NCBI GenBank assembly: GCA_951406725.2
Contig: OX597817.1
Location: 45,074,001-45,138,000, forward strand
Reading direction: 5' to 3'
Length of the DNA stretch: 64,000 nucleotides
DNA from: Octopus vulgaris
Lineage: Eukaryota
The notes beneath the pieces were generated by a model that worked only from the letters and a program-made list of their open reading frames with translations, searched no databases and was not told the DNA's origin. Positions 1 to 14,411 of this stretch are shown here, one piece after another. Each line of letters begins with the position of its first letter. The stretch's first letter is position 1. The translations under genes and the position numbers were made by a program.

Positions 1-129
1 TACTAATATGCAAAATTGATTGCTACGTGCTTCTTTGGGATTTACGGAAAACCATTGAGGAAGCTTCAATTGATTGACTTACAGCACCTTCAATAGATGG
101 ACCCTGGTATATTTAGTATGGACGGCAGA

Positions 130-560
130 AGGTTGCTAGTATTGATACGGGTTGTTTCTTAATCATTTAAGAAGTATGTTTGAGTTCTAATGGTAGTTGG
201 TTTAAATGCAAATTCCAATATTAATATTGTTAAGTGAAATTTGTTGATATTAAAATTTGAGATTTCAGATCCATGCAATCAATTTCAAGTGCAGGCTTTG
301 CTTATTAGAAAAAATGCATATATTATTCAAAGACAATAATTCTTTGAATCAAAGAAGTGAATTAATGAACTTATGTAGGCACAAGGCTAAATTTAAAATG
401 TCGAATATAAATATACCATATGGATAGAGTATATATTTTGTATTTTGATTTTTTGATTTTGATTTTGACTCTTGAGCGCTACAACGGACCTATAGCAAAG
501 TCTTATTGTTTCTACATATATATTAGGAAAAACCTACAAACTTTGTTTTCATGTTATTGT
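130..560 (-). pseudogene. Possible highly decayed Penelope-like GIY-YIG endonuclease region
   Basis: Minus-strand translation gives only weak remnants (WDLKSQ-like) and many stops. Tentative. Confidence 0.2.
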
Positions 561-1433
561 ATTGCATAAGATTACCTTGATTATTTATATTACCTTGATT
601 ATTTATAAATGACCCAAAATAGGATGTTATATTTTATTTTATAGGTCTTTCGTATATATTTTTATTAATGCACCCATTTTTTAAAAGCAATGTTTTTTTA
701 TAAAAAAAGCAATGTTGTCAAATTTAGAATGTTTATATAAGTTTGTGTATAGCAAAGCATATGTATTTGTAAGCATGCGTATCTGTGTATGTGTGAGTGA
801 AAGTATGCTTGTGCTTAAGCACACATATACACGACGGTATGTATATGTATCAATTCAAACTTGTGTATGTATACAGGCCTCTATAGATGCCAAATAACAT
901 CGCTACAAATTTTTTTCCCCACCCCTCCTCCGTTCCTTTTTCTCTCTTTCCCTTTCTTTCGTTCCCCCTCCTTGCTCAGTATATGAGAATTGCTACATAG
1001 ATGAATTTTAGCTTGCGTGCGAGACGGTTTGCGTGAATATATGTACACATGCTTTTATGTGTATAATTTAGATTCATATTCATACGTCTGTATATGTATG
1101 TATGGCGTTTACGCGCATCCTTTTGTGTATGTTGATATATATATGTGGATTTTAATATAAATATGTATTGCAGTATTCATAACAGGTTTAATTTCTATGC
1201 ATTAATTTGTACTGTCTTCATTAACGGCAACAGGTTTTTTCCTCGGTATTTTCCTCGGATTTTATAATTTTTATAAGTTTTTATATATATATACATATAT
1301 TTTTGACCTTTTTGTTTATCGCTCGAAGATTGACCGTTTTTTCTAAAGGGCCAATCAAACAAGTCCATTTCTTTTTAAAGGTGTAGCGTTTGTAAGAGTA
1401 TAGATTGAATTAATATATATGTTCCATTCTAGC

Positions 1434-1481
1434 AAAAACTGTCTGATGAACGGCAACGAGAAACTCAGAGTAACAGATTTT
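1434..1481 (+). ncRNA. Type-I hammerhead ribozyme motif (Penelope-type, minimal stem III)
   Basis: aaaaactgt-CTGATGA(1443-1449)-acggcaacga-GAAA(1460-1463)-ctcagag-TA-acagatttt. Stem I pairs with one mismatch. Homologous to 17696-17749. Its tail runs into (TA)n at 1581. Confidence 0.75.
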
Positions 1482-1578
1482 GTTGATTTTTCTGCTGCTT
1501 AAAATAAAGCATATTACTCTACCACTGGTATTTGAGTACTCTTTTTTCCACCTTGTTTCACATTTATGTGTTTACTCC

Positions 1579-1664
<86 letters not shown>

Positions 1665-3180
1665 TGTGTGTGTGTGTGTGTGTTTATTTATTATGCTTGT
1701 ATATATGTGTGTATTAGGATCACCGAAAACTAATTCCGCATTTTGTATAATGACTTAATGTCAGCATAAATATATTTATTCTTCCCAAAAATAATCGGCG
1801 TCTTTAGCAATAGCATTTTTCAACAACGAAACCAGTTTTCAGATTCCTCGATAAACAAACAAACAACCAGCAAGTAAAAGAAAAAAAACTGTTTCTTTCG
1901 AAGAAGAATTTATTTTGGGAAGTTGTTACGTTATTTTTCATGCTTTTGAATGTTTTTCCACTCACAAAGTGAACAAGTGACCTGAATAAGCGAGTATCTG
2001 AACATGTTGTCTAGTGAGCAGATATAGTAAGACATAGCTCCGTTCTGCAGCCTAAGGGATTTAGCCTTTCTTGGCTTATCTTCACCGAATGTGGTCTTGC
2101 ATTAACATGTCTTTGTGTAACACCGTTTCTCTTGAGTAAAGCTGGTTCTTTACTTTTTTTGTTTTTAGTAAAACTTGATTGACGCGTTCAAGTTGTTGAT
2201 CATAAAATTCCGCGGTCATACTTTTCCATTGATCCAAGGAGTCCAAGTGAACAATACCTATTAATTTTTACACCTAATTCAGAATAAAAATCTCCAGAGG
2301 GGTTTTGATTTGAATTGGGTGTTGCAACTTCTTACGATTCTTGCAGACTAGATTATCCATCTCTCATCATCTATTTCTGACTTGGGCATGGACTGGCGAA
2401 TAAAGTGATCGTCGAAATGGATACGTTGCAGAATTTACTCCAGTTTCTTTGCATACATAGTTCATATCCCACCTATCCTGATTGATGTTGAGAGTACTAT
2501 ATAAATCACCTTTTCGTTGTTGGTAGATTAGCGGAGACTGTTCTGTCGCAACCATTTAGAATATGTCTCCAGTTCGTGATTATCTTCTTTTCTTCCTCTT
2601 ACTAGTCTTCGAGATGCTAAAATGTGTTAGAAGTACCACTCTTCTCTCCTGAGTACACCGTAACAAAATGTGTTCTAGCCATAAGCATAAATGTGTTTCT
2701 AGATTGTGTTTGTATGTATGGGTTGTGTTTCTTTGTGTTTTCTTTATGCGTGTTCAACAAATTTCGCACAGGGAGATCGCAACACAAATTATACATCTAT
2801 ATATACATCAGTTTTACCTTTGTGTCTACATCCATGTTAGGAAACACACGAACGTTAGACAATCGTGTAATCCAATTTTCTTTATGCAAGATCGTGTGTT
2901 GTTCATTTGAAACGATTCATAAAATCTATATACGCACATGAATCCATATATGTAACAGAAAAATGTTTTGTCTTTGGAACAATGGAATATATTTCCAGTT
3001 GTTTTCTATGCTTTCCTTCATTACAATTCAAAACTCTCTCTCCAATCTAACTTCAAAATTTACCATTGCTTAACCAATTACAGGCATTAGTGATGTTGTT
3101 GCTGATGACGCTGTTCCTGTTTGTTTTTCGCAATACAGGTATACATATTCATACTCAGACACACTCAAATACAACCATAG

Positions 3181-3211
<31 letters not shown>

Positions 3212-3244
3212 CATACATACATATATATACGTATACATATATAC

Positions 3245-3315
<71 letters not shown>

Positions 3316-4103
3316 TGCAAACTTAGGCATGTAAATATATGTGTGTGTGTGTGTTTGCGTGCGTCTGTGTGATTTTCATGTTGTTAAAATACTTTTATTT
3401 TGTATCCTTTAGAAATAAAACCTCTTACTGACACCCTCACCAATTCATATATGTTCTCATTACATTCACCCGTTTTCCGATTCGCCCGATGAAATGACGA
3501 CTCTATGAGCAGTGGGTGTTTTATTAATTTCCTGCCGCTATTGTTTGATTGTGAATGTGAACTGGCTGTAAAACTGACTGAATAGGTGGAGATATAGAAA
3601 GACAGTGTGCAATGCAAGAGAAGCAGATAGAGAATGAGAGAGAGAGAGAAAGAGAGAGAGAGGGAAGAAGTGAGAGAAGGAGAGAGAAATGTGGGTTATA
3701 GACATGTCGGTAGTGAGAAAAATATAGCGCGAAAAACAATGACAATAATAAAATTATTAGTTTGAAGTTTAAGCACAAATGGAATCGTATATTAGGAACG
3801 AATGCAAAACGGGGTTAGAGGGATAGTTATGTGTATGTGTGTTTGTGTGTGTTTGTGTGCGTGCGTGTGCAGGTGTATATATATAAATGCATATATCCAT
3901 CTATGTGTATGTATACATATACATACATATATATACATATATATAATGTATATATATATTTATATACACATAACCATCTATCTATCTATCTATCTATCTA
4001 TATATATAGATAGATTATATATATTATATTATTATATATATATCTATCATTATATATCATACATATTAATATATACATATATATATATGTATATATATAT
4101 GCA

Positions 4104-4135
<32 letters not shown>

Positions 4136-4244
4136 CATTAATATATATAATATATAATAATATACATATATAATAATATAATATATATAATCTCTCTCTT
4201 TCTCTCTCTCTCTCTGTATATATATATAAATAAATATATATTAT

Positions 4245-4469
4245 ATCTTTATTGCCCGCAAGGGGTTAAACATAGAGGAGACAAACAAAGACAGACAAAG
4301 GGATTAAGTCGATTACATCGACTCCAGTGCGTAACTGGTACTTAATTTATCGACCCCGAAAGGATGAAAGGCAAAGTCGACCTCGGCGGAATTTGAACTC
4401 GGAACGTAACGACAAGCGAAATACGGCTACGCATATCGCCCGGCGTGCTAACGTTTCTGCCAGCTCGCC
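4245..4469 (-). mobile_element. tRNA-derived SINE, family A (Nin-domain-like)
   Basis: Reverse complement matches 56515-56747, including tttcatcctttcggggtcgataaattaagtaccag. Confidence 0.85.
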
Positions 4470-4484
4470 ATATATATATATATA

Positions 4485-4989
4485 CTAGCAGTATCGCCCG
4501 GCGTTGCTCGGGTTTGTAAGGGAAATAACTATATAAGCATTTTTAGAGAGTTACTTCCTTTATAGATGCCAATTCGGGCTTTCTTAGCCATTTCTGTTTT
4601 GGTGTCTTCAAGACATGAAGTCGTTGTTCTAAAAGAACGCTGGTCTCCTTGACAACGCATTACGACGTTGATTTCCTCAAACTCCCTTCCTCACAGCTTC
4701 ACAAGGGAGGGAAGAACGGGGAGAAGCAAACACAGGTGCAGGTGTTTGAGCGTGGACGCCAACTCCGCCGCCATCGACACACGAAAAATTATGCATTAAA
4801 ATGGAATAAAAAATGATGTTAAATTATTTTTAAAATCGTAGACTCATCGTAGACGCGCGCTAATAGCCAGACGGGCTCGATATTAATCACGACTATACGA
4901 TACTTGAATTTGGTTAAACTGCACCGCAAAATGTGAGAGGATTTAGGAATCTAAATCGTAGGAGACAGACACTCACACAACTACATTTT

Positions 4990-5000
<11 letters not shown>
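4485..5000 (-). mobile_element. Non-autonomous Helitron
   Basis: Minus-strand 3' end cccgagcaacgccgggcgatactgCTAG|t (hairpin plus CTAG), near-identical to the end of 9755-10136. The 5' end merges into (TA)n. Confidence 0.7.
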
Positions 5001-5022
<22 letters not shown>

Positions 5023-5447
5023 TGGCAGGGCTTACTGCTAGGAAGTCGGCCGCATGCTAGAAATAGATCATCGACGATCAAACTACAAGGAAATTCTCTA
5101 GAAGAAAAATTCAGCGAACACCAGAACCAAATTTGGCGGGCAGGACAGATGAAAATTTATATAAAATAACAGAATTAAATGCATACCTCGGTTTCGGCCT
5201 TTAACAAAAGAATTACTTACATAATTCAAATGTCCGTGCTTCATCAGTGCATTCGTTCATTGTAAATGTAAACTGAAAAACTAACCCCAGCTTTCTGTGC
5301 CAGGACAGACACATGCTTAGTTTTACCGATTACATCAGGGATAAAATTTCAAATGTCTTGGTTCTGGCGCGCTAAGAAATTCTTGAAGCGAAGGGCTGCA
5401 GTAAATAATTCACTGCGGTTGGTGCTTACTACTAGAGAACGTATTTA

Positions 5448-5513
<66 letters not shown>

Positions 5514-5681
5514 GTATGTATTTATGTATGTATGTATATATATTAGAAAGAAAAATAAGGAGATTACTGAAGTGACATAAGCAGAAATATAGAAAGTAGC
5601 AGAAGGATTACTTTAGCAAAGACAACAATACAACTCATATTCATAGTATCATAGTAATAATAGTAGATAATGAAGATGATA

Positions 5682-5707
5682 TAATAATAATAATAATGAT
5701 AATAATG

Positions 5708-5762
<55 letters not shown>

Positions 5763-5775
5763 TAATAATAATAAT
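5682..5775. repeat. (TAA)n microsatellite
   Basis: Seen directly. Confidence 0.95.
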
Positions 5776-6217
5776 TGATTAAAATAATTATGAGAGATAT
5801 ATTAATAATTATTATTATCCATATGATATAAAAATCGATATAATTAAAGTAGTGAAAAATGAGGAAAAAATATGTGAAATGAAATAAAAAGAGGAATTAA
5901 AAAAATGGAATCCAAGATGAATGTCGAAAGAAAGCGAGACGAGTAACGTGAAGGATTGGAACAAAAACGGAGAAAACGTGTGGGTGTGAAAGTATAAAGA
6001 GAAGAAATGTTAGCAGCAGGAGCAGCAGGAGTGGTAGTAGTAGCAGCAGCAATAGTAGTAGTAATGGTAGTACTAGTAGTATTATTTGAAGTAGTTGTAG
6101 TAGTTGAATCAGCAGTATTTTTTGCAGCAGTAGTATCATCGGCAGTAGTAATCGTCGTAGTTAAAGTATTAGGATGTGAAGTATTCGTAGTAGGTGAATA
6201 ACACGTACTAGTAAGTA

Positions 6218-6218
<1 letters not shown>

Positions 6219-6276
<58 letters not shown>

Positions 6277-6296
6277 ATAGTAGTAGTAGTAGTAGA
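6219..6296. repeat. (TAG)n microsatellite, possibly the tail of an old minus-strand LINE at ~6310-6650
   Basis: Repeat seen directly; the LINE assignment is tentative. Confidence 0.85.
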
Positions 6297-7170
6297 TTAT
6301 ATAATATAATCAATCTCAGCTTTCCAGCATGTTTTGTGAATGCATTTTCTCCGGATCGACTCCGCACCAAACTAGCAAATTGGTGGTGGATTTACTACAA
6401 AGTCCGGCAGTATTGTTGCATGCATATATTCTGGCGTTCAGTGTGCTTAATTTCTAATTCCATCAAAGACTTATTGGGCATTGATGTTCTGTTTTCCATT
6501 CTCTTTCTCAATCTTTTCTCGTTCTGTCTTGACATTGATCGCACATATATTTCCAAAACCCATCCTTGTACAATTTTAATGCCAACAACTTGATTCAACG
6601 TCACAATTGCTTTCTAGGTCCTCAGAAATTTATCATCACGAATAGGGAAACGGATCGTCGGATAACGGAACGCCGATAACAAAAATAATACAACACAACT
6701 ACTTTCATTTTCAGACACGCTGTGTAGTATTTGCCAATATTAATACCTATCTATCTATCTATCTATCGATATAGAAAGACAGATAGGTTGATATTTAGGG
6801 GTGTAAATCGAAAGCAATTACAAAGTATATGGCGGCTGGCATATCTTCAAATTTGGCAGTTAATTTAGTTAATTATATCGTATAATTATTTAGCCAAACA
6901 TTTTAACTAATTATGTTAAATTGAAGAAAAATTTGAAGATGTATCAGTCTCCGTATTCTTTATAATTGTTTCGCATTAATACTCCCAAAAATATTCACAG
7001 ACCAGCTAAGCGAACACAGATTTACTCATCAATATAATTGCAGTGGGATTGCCCACTCAAAACGATCCTTGTTGCTTCTTACTACTTGATGTGGTTAGTC
7101 AGAACCTCTTACACTACCCACCTAGATAGTTTATCCGTATATAATCATCGTATATCAATGTGTGCATTTA

Positions 7171-7374
7171 TTAGATTGGTGCAAACTCTTGCGTCTTTTC
7201 TTTTCAATAAATTTTATCCAACAAACAATTTTAACAAACGCCAAGCAGTAATTATAGTAGATGGTGAATATGAACCGGAATAATCATTTAATGATATTTT
7301 TGTTAAATGTTGTTATTGTTTTTCTTGAATAAAATTTGTTGAAAAAAAACCGCTATAATTATGCACCAACATAA
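7171..7374. mobile_element. mariner-type MITE
   Basis: Imperfect TIRs ttagattggtgcaaa ... tatgcaccaacataa, with TA on the left flank. Confidence 0.55.
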
Positions 7375-7824
7375 CATATCTAATGCACTCTGGGTATCTA
7401 CCTTACGACGTGCTTTCCTCTTCACAGATATCGGTTTCTATATGCTTTCATACCGGCAGGGATTCTCCTTTTGCTATTTATGCTCGTAGAAATCCGTTAA
7501 TATCCGAATAATACAAACAAAAATATTATATTACAAGAAAATGGAATAAACAAGCTCCTGTGCATTAGTATCAGCTGGTAATTGATGCGTTTGTTTTTTC
7601 ACATATTATACACACTGTTGCATCAATATGGGACAACAGTATCTGTGTATGCGCGTCTTCACGGGAATGGGTTCGTGATCACTTATAGTTTCCCATTGTT
7701 TTATACTAATATTCTAGTTTTAGAATTCCGTTGCCAAAGAAAAACAAGATAAATATAGCACATTATTTACATTATTTACAATATTTACATATGACGGATA
7801 TTTGTCCTCATACTGTTTGTTGTT

Positions 7825-7870
7825 AACACAACCTTTCGGCTGATATACCCTCCTGCCTTCATCAGGTGTC
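7825..7870 (-). ncRNA. Type-I hammerhead motif (degenerate stem III)
   Basis: Minus strand: gacac-CTGATGA-aggc..gcc-GAAA-gg-TT-gtgtt. The inverted partial copy at 8096-8111 keeps the palindromic GAAACGTT. Confidence 0.7.
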
Positions 7871-7941
7871 TTGGGAAAAGTTCGAACCTGAGTTCTCATT
7901 CCTAAGTTATTTTTGTATGCTATTATACACCATGTGCCCGT

Positions 7942-8031
7942 GGGCATATGGCGTAGTAGTTAAGAGCGCGGGCTACTAACCCCAAGTTCTCGAGTTTGAT
8001 CCCAGGCAGTGACCTGAATAATTACAACAAC

Positions 8032-8084
<53 letters not shown>

Positions 8085-8093
8085 CAACAACAA
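7942..8093 (+). mobile_element. Short tRNA-derived SINE with (TAA/CAA)n tail
   Basis: A-box-like tggcgtagtagtt, B-box-like gagtttgatccc, then a simple-repeat tail. Confidence 0.55.
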
Positions 8094-8221
8094 CGGCCGA
8101 AACGTTGTGTTAACAACAATCAAGATGAGGACAAATATCCGTCAAATGTAAATAATTGTAAAAATGTAAAAAAAATCTACATAATTCCTCATCTATTAAA
8201 TATAAAAGTGTAAGATAATAT

Positions 8222-8428
8222 AGGTTTTGGCACTAGGTCGGTAATTTCGGAGGTTGAGTGGCATAATTGATTACATCAACTCCAGTGATTAACTGGTACT
8301 TAATTTATCGACCCCTGAAAGGGCAAAATGCAAAGTTGACCTCAGCGGAATTTGAACTCGGAACGTGAAGAGGAAATGCCGCTAAAAATTTTTAACCGGT
8401 TTCTAACAATTCTATTAGCTCGCTACCC
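8222..8428 (-). mobile_element. SINE family A, diverged copy
   Basis: Core aactggtacttaatttatcgacccc...gcggaatttgaactc is shared with other copies. Confidence 0.75.
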
Positions 8429-9218
8429 TAAGCAATATGCTAATATAATGAGATACACATATCAAAATCTACAGAAAATATATTAATAGAAATAAAACTT
8501 AGAAATATGAATTTAACAAATTAAACCGCCCCAAAACAAATTAATGGAAAATAAGAAAAAAAAGATATATAACAATATAATAATATATAATAATAAACAA
8601 ACCACTTATTCAGTTCATTTTTTAGCACAGACAAGTCTCGACTTTTATGAAAATAGATGAACAGCCTAAGATTACACTGTTGTAAATATATAGACTGGAA
8701 AATGCCTTATCTCTTGAGACTGTGAGCGTTCTATTTCAAAGGAAATCATTAGCGATTGGTGAAATTGTTACCACAGGCATATGCCAATATGTCTGTCAGC
8801 TAACTTAAATTTTTCTTTCCATTAATTTATTTTTGGCATTTTTTTTTAATCATTTGTATCTCTTCATATTTCCGTGTTACTTTTTGTCAGTAGATTACTA
8901 AATATAGAATATGGATATAAATAATAGGTAACTATATGTGATCCATCAGTGTCCTCGAATCCGCTCACCTGAGGACATGCAAGAACATTGCTGCTATTCG
9001 ATCATATTAATCCAATAACGTGTATAATATGCAAAAACTCAGCAACCAATAATATCAGCAAACTGATATTAATGCACAGAAACAGTTGTAGAGATTTTGA
9101 TTTACGCCGATTCATTCTACCTTCTTGTATTATAATTAGGATTACACACAGACACATAAACACACACACAAACACGCACAAACATCCACACGCACGTATA
9201 TATGTATGTGTATGTATA

Positions 9219-9285
<67 letters not shown>

Positions 9286-9754
9286 CTAGTTGAGTATCCA
9301 GATGTTGCCTCGTGATTTACACAATGGAATTCATTGACGAACCTTCAAAATAGTGCTCCCAATTAACTTGGATTTTCCCCATTTTGACGGGGATTTTTCA
9401 AATTTTTCTTTCTCAAACCCTTTCAAGTGATGGGAGTGTAATGAAAATAAAATCTTTTCGAAAATTTATGAATAAGCCTATTTTTGGGGTGGCGGGTGGG
9501 GGACCGATTTTTCCAAATGTTTTTGCACTGCATATCTAAACACAATGGGGGGGGGGGCATCTTTGCAGTAAAAAAGTTTAGGTAATTTACGAATTTTTTG
9601 AAACCTCCTTCACCACTCAGTACCGATTTTAGCCAATAATGTTTTCGTTCTACACACGATGGGAGATGACTTAAATGTTACAAAGCAAATGGTAATCGTC
9701 CGTTCACATTACAATCACCACTTCCTTTATTTTCAAACAGAAAATGAAGCGTAA

Positions 9755-10136
9755 TCTCTCTATATATAAACGGCAGTTTGTCTGTGCGTTTTCTGTGTGT
9801 CTGTTTGCTTGTACCCTCACCCTGACCACGGCTTTCAACCGATTCTGATGAAACTTGACACACACATAGCCCAATGTCATAATTCAAAACTAACGCAGCG
9901 AAAATTTTGAAAAGTCCCCCCAGTTCTGAAAAAAATCGATAAATTCGACATGGGGTCGAGAATCAGAAACACAAACCGCAAACTTTCTAGGGGACGCAAC
10001 TCCACCTTTTTTAACTAAAAAAAAAATTTACCATCATTTTTTTCCATTTTTTTGCTATTTTTTGGCTATAACTCTCTAAAAATGCTTTATAGTTATTTCC
10101 CTTACAAACCTGAGCAACGCCGGGCGATACTGCTAG
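9755..10136 (+). mobile_element. Non-autonomous Helitron (complete)
   Basis: Starts a|TCtctctatatataa and ends hairpin plus CTAG|t. Inserted in an AT dinucleotide with no TSD. Confidence 0.8.
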
Positions 10137-11104
10137 TTTAAAATAATAGTGAAAAAAAAAAAAAAAAAAATTTCTTTAAACCTGCCACACCCCATAAATT
10201 CTAAAATTCTGGCATTTTTTCAAAATATTTTTAAGCATATACGGACAATTTGAATTTGCAATTTCTTTCGGTTTATAATTTCAAAATAACTTTCAGTTGA
10301 AAATGTGTGTGATTGAAGGGACATTTAGCTGTTATTTCTAGCACATCGCACAACTATTTAATGCTTTCCTCGTTTGTTTGTTACATATACTGATGTTTTT
10401 AAATATTTTTTCCGATAAGCACATTTTATGGAATGATCCATTTCTAGGATTTAAACAAGAACAACAAAAACTAACAAAAATGTTTAAGCCCACCGTGCAT
10501 TAAGAAAGTGTACATGTTTGTTTGTCTACGATGGTGTATGTGTGTGTAAGTGATAAAAATTACTTAGGTAAAGCATGCTATTAAAATGAATTATCCTTTA
10601 CCCACTTTTAAAAAATCACTGTATCACCCCAATAAAATGCCTTTCACACATGCATACACACTAACAAATACACAAACACACTTCAGAGTGAGCTATATAT
10701 TCTTGGAGATGGTGAGAGTGAGTGTGGTAGATATTTAAAGAGACGAGAAAAGTTTACCATGCGAAGAACAAAAAAATGAAAAAAGATAGAAAATTTAGTT
10801 GCTGTCACATATTTTGATATTTTAAAATTAAGTGAAAATTTTGGAATTTGGTTTTTTTTTGTAACTCTTCACGATGGATTCGAATTTTTGATTTGTTCAT
10901 TCCAGAAATAAAGAACGTTACAAAAAATGCCATAGATGCTTAAATCATTAAAAAAATGTGCGTAATAACTTTGATAAAATGAAAGTAAGCGTTACAATAA
11001 GTTATAAACAAAATAAACGTAATGCGTGAGAGATTATATATTAAAAGAGAGACGGAGAGACAGAGTGGAGGGGAAAGAAAATGTGATAGAAAGTGTGGTA
11101 ACAA

Positions 11105-11148
<44 letters not shown>

Positions 11149-11891
11149 ATGGTGGCAAATAGACAGGGGGCGAGTTGCCGATCTAAAGGTTGAGTTATTT
11201 TTGGTAGCAAATTACATATCTATTTATTATTATATACAAACGGCATTTTATCTGGAAAGCAGATTTCGTAAACCAAATTCATTTTTCCCCATGGACGCCT
11301 CGTTCCAGGCCCTTTTCAAAGCTACACACGCATACATAACCACATACACTTGCATTTATATTGTGGATATAGATAGATATACAGATAAACAGATTGCTAC
11401 ATAGATTGGTATACTTCTGTACACGTGACTACCCAGATTAAAACTATAAATATTAATAATTAATTCTAAAATCAGAACGACGTTAATAATATTGAAATGT
11501 GGTTCTGGAAGTTCAGAACAATTAAACACGAGAAATAGTGTCATGGCACGCAAAATGCTTTTCCGCCTTCGCTTGCTTTGATTACAGAGGAAATCACATG
11601 GGTGTTACATAATTATTTATGTCATTGCCGCTGAAAGGCTGAGGTGAAATTTATATGTTTAAATATATATGTGTGTTTGTGTGTGTGCATGTATATACAT
11701 GCATATATATGTATGCGTGTATGCATACATATATACATACACACAAACACACACATACAGGTATGTATACACATTCACACATATAAATCGAAGTATGCAG
11801 CATTAAATATGCATTACAGTCGAGTGTAGCAATTGGTTTTGCACCAGATACTAAAACCAGTTGTTACATAATAGCACGGTTAAGTAATACC

Positions 11892-12102
11892 TATTTCTTT
11901 ACTACCCACAAGGGGCTAAACATAGAGTGGACAAACAAGAACAGACAAACGGGTTAAGTCGATTACATCGACATCAGTGCGTAACTGGTACTTAATTTAT
12001 CGACCCCGAAAGGATGAAAGGCAAAGTTGACCTCGACGGAATTTGAACTCAGAACGTAACGGCAGACGAAATACGGCGTGCTAACGATTCTTCCAGCTCG
12101 CC
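11892..12102 (-). mobile_element. SINE family A with 13-bp TSD
   Basis: TSD gttaagtaatacc at 11879-11891 and 12103-12115. Confidence 0.9.
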
Positions 12103-12849
12103 GTTAAGTAATACCATTTACTCTTCAGAAATAGCAGGTAATAAATATAACACTAGCTACTCTATTTCGTATACCCACTCTTTTGATAAATATACGAGTG
12201 CATCATTGTTTACATGACTGAGTGTGACTTTTTTGGAAATACCGCTGAATAACAAATACACATATGAGAATAGATTATCCTGTATACTTAATATTGTTCA
12301 TGCTGCTTACGATAGCAAATTGCAAACATCCCTTGTTTGTTGGAAAGTGTTTCTTACGTTATCAGTTATACTTCCATCCATTTTGTTTTGCAAAAAAAAA
12401 AAATGAAAAATCCAAATCGAAATGTTGTGTTGGCGGAATCACTAGAGAATTTGAAGGTGAAGCTTTCCGTTGTTTTATCCGGTCATTTATTTCAGTGTGT
12501 CGAGATAGGTGTGAAGAAATTTTCAGTTGGTAGTCAACAATGTATATGCGGTTTCCACGGCATGTTTTATTTTCACATGGCAATTTCATGACAGACGTTG
12601 TGTACTTGTCAATGAATTAATCAGAAAAGTGAACAACGACCTGATAACCAGAAAATGTCTTTGTGTATGTGGGTAATTACAGCCTACTCAGTTTTCTGTT
12701 CTTTCGAGATACACATTAAAATATATGTATAATAGAAAGAAATGGAAAAAGGCAAACGACTGGTATCAGGTTAGATTATAACATTTATATATTTAAATAT
12801 GGGGCTTTAGTTGTTACTACTGTATAGATCATAGCTAAGAAGGGAGTAA

Positions 12850-13950
12850 GCTGTGCAGATAATCTCTTCCAGCACTTTGAAGAATACATGAGCGGATGAT
12901 GCAATTCCTTGCAAACGAAGAGTAACTAGACATAATAGCGATGAATTCCATCGTCGACGATCGAATGAAGTAGAGCTTTAGTAGAAAGCTTCGGTCTACT
13001 ATGAGTGTGATGTATACAGCAAAGTTGAAAGAAAAAAGCTGCAGAAAAAAGAAACAAGCTTATTGTAATAGGAGAATAGATAGCAAGGGATAGAGGATAG
13101 AGATATAAATTAATTGAGTTAGGGGGATATATAAAAGAAGGAATGGCTGGTGAAAATATCGTTTGGGAAAACGGAAGGAAAAGTATATACTGTGAAGAAG
13201 TACATGTGAATAAAGGCGACAGAATGTGGGAAGCTGCATTATAATTATCTGTTAGTTATGCTAGACACCGGGGCTGGGGGTTACGTACAAGATAAAGAAT
13301 GACTGCTATTTGCAGCAGTTTGGTATGGTTGTCAAGTCATGTGTGTAAAGAAAGGGTTATGCTAATAATAGGGGGATTCCTAGAAGTTTAAGAAATAATT
13401 ATCTCTAAAATGAGGCTATGATGAGAGTGAGTACATTTTAGATGTATAAGTTTGTGTGATTGTTACTAAAATGAAGAAATTATTGATTATAGAAATAAGG
13501 AAATATTTAAAACTGTAACGTCAGTGAAAAGTATTCGTATGGTCAAGTATGAGCATAGGAGTGGTAAAAGAGTAAGAAGAGAAAGATCATAAAGTTAGTA
13601 CATTAGCAGGGAATATCTAAATTGGTTGCCAAAAAAAAAAGTTTAGTAGACTCTAGAGAAAATATTTACTTAAATGGTTTAATGTAATTACAATAAAAAA
13701 ATGAACGGTGGAATCAAAAATTATGTCATCGTACAGATTTTGAGTACGAATAGAATTGGGAAAGTGAATAAAGATGTCGGATAAATATATAGAATAATAG
13801 TCAAGTAAAACATGATGAATAAAGTGATACGTTACGAAGTAAAATCAGTTAAATAAATTTCAGTAGAATAATCAGCGTTAAGCGGTGATTAGGAATAAAC
13901 AAACTTCAGGTTAGTTAAAATACGACACAAACAGCTATGATATCGGTATC
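12850..13950 (-). pseudogene. Ancient CR1/L2-like LINE RT 3' fragment
   Basis: Minus-strand remnants resemble YADD (~13725-13740), LILY..RP, ASHIW and YYNKL, in collinear order. Many stops. Confidence 0.4.
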
Positions 13951-14020
13951 TTTTTTATTCTTTAATACTTGATGCCAAATCATCTTGAGGTACTTCCAAT
14001 ATTCAGATGGTTTCCTGTCC

Positions 14021-14411
14021 GGATCTTTTCGGTTTGAGCGGCAACTTTTCTGGCGGTATCATATGAAATTGTCACCCATAATTATGACCCTAGAATCGAT
14101 CTATTGCATTTCAATCTCTTTTAGGGTTAGGGTTAAGGTTTCTTAAACGAGGGACATATTCATACGGTACAGAATGCTTTTTAACTCAATAAACGTCACT
14201 GATTGGTTGAAATTGCAGAAATTGAAAAAAACAACAACAAATATCTTACAAACTATAAAATTTTCTCAATAAAGCCAAGAGAAAAATATGTTTTATAAAA
14301 ACGTTCTACCAGTATACTAGTATACTGTTCTAAAAACGTTCTATCAGTATACTAAAAATTTTTAGTTACCTAGAAATTATGGTTGAACTGCCGTTCAAAC
14401 CGAAAAGATCC
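14021..14411 (+). mobile_element. MITE with GG-terminal TIRs and 8-bp TSD (Merlin-like), copy 1
   Basis: TIRs ggatcttttcggtttgagcggca / tgccgttcaaaccgaaaagatcc. Flanks tcctgtcc / tcttgtcc. Internal ttagggttaggg. Confidence 0.75.

Noticed and set aside
14111-14140. TTAGGG runs as a telomere or fusion relic (also ~40080)
   Set aside because: Only 2-4 units, and internal to a TIR/TSD-bounded MITE.
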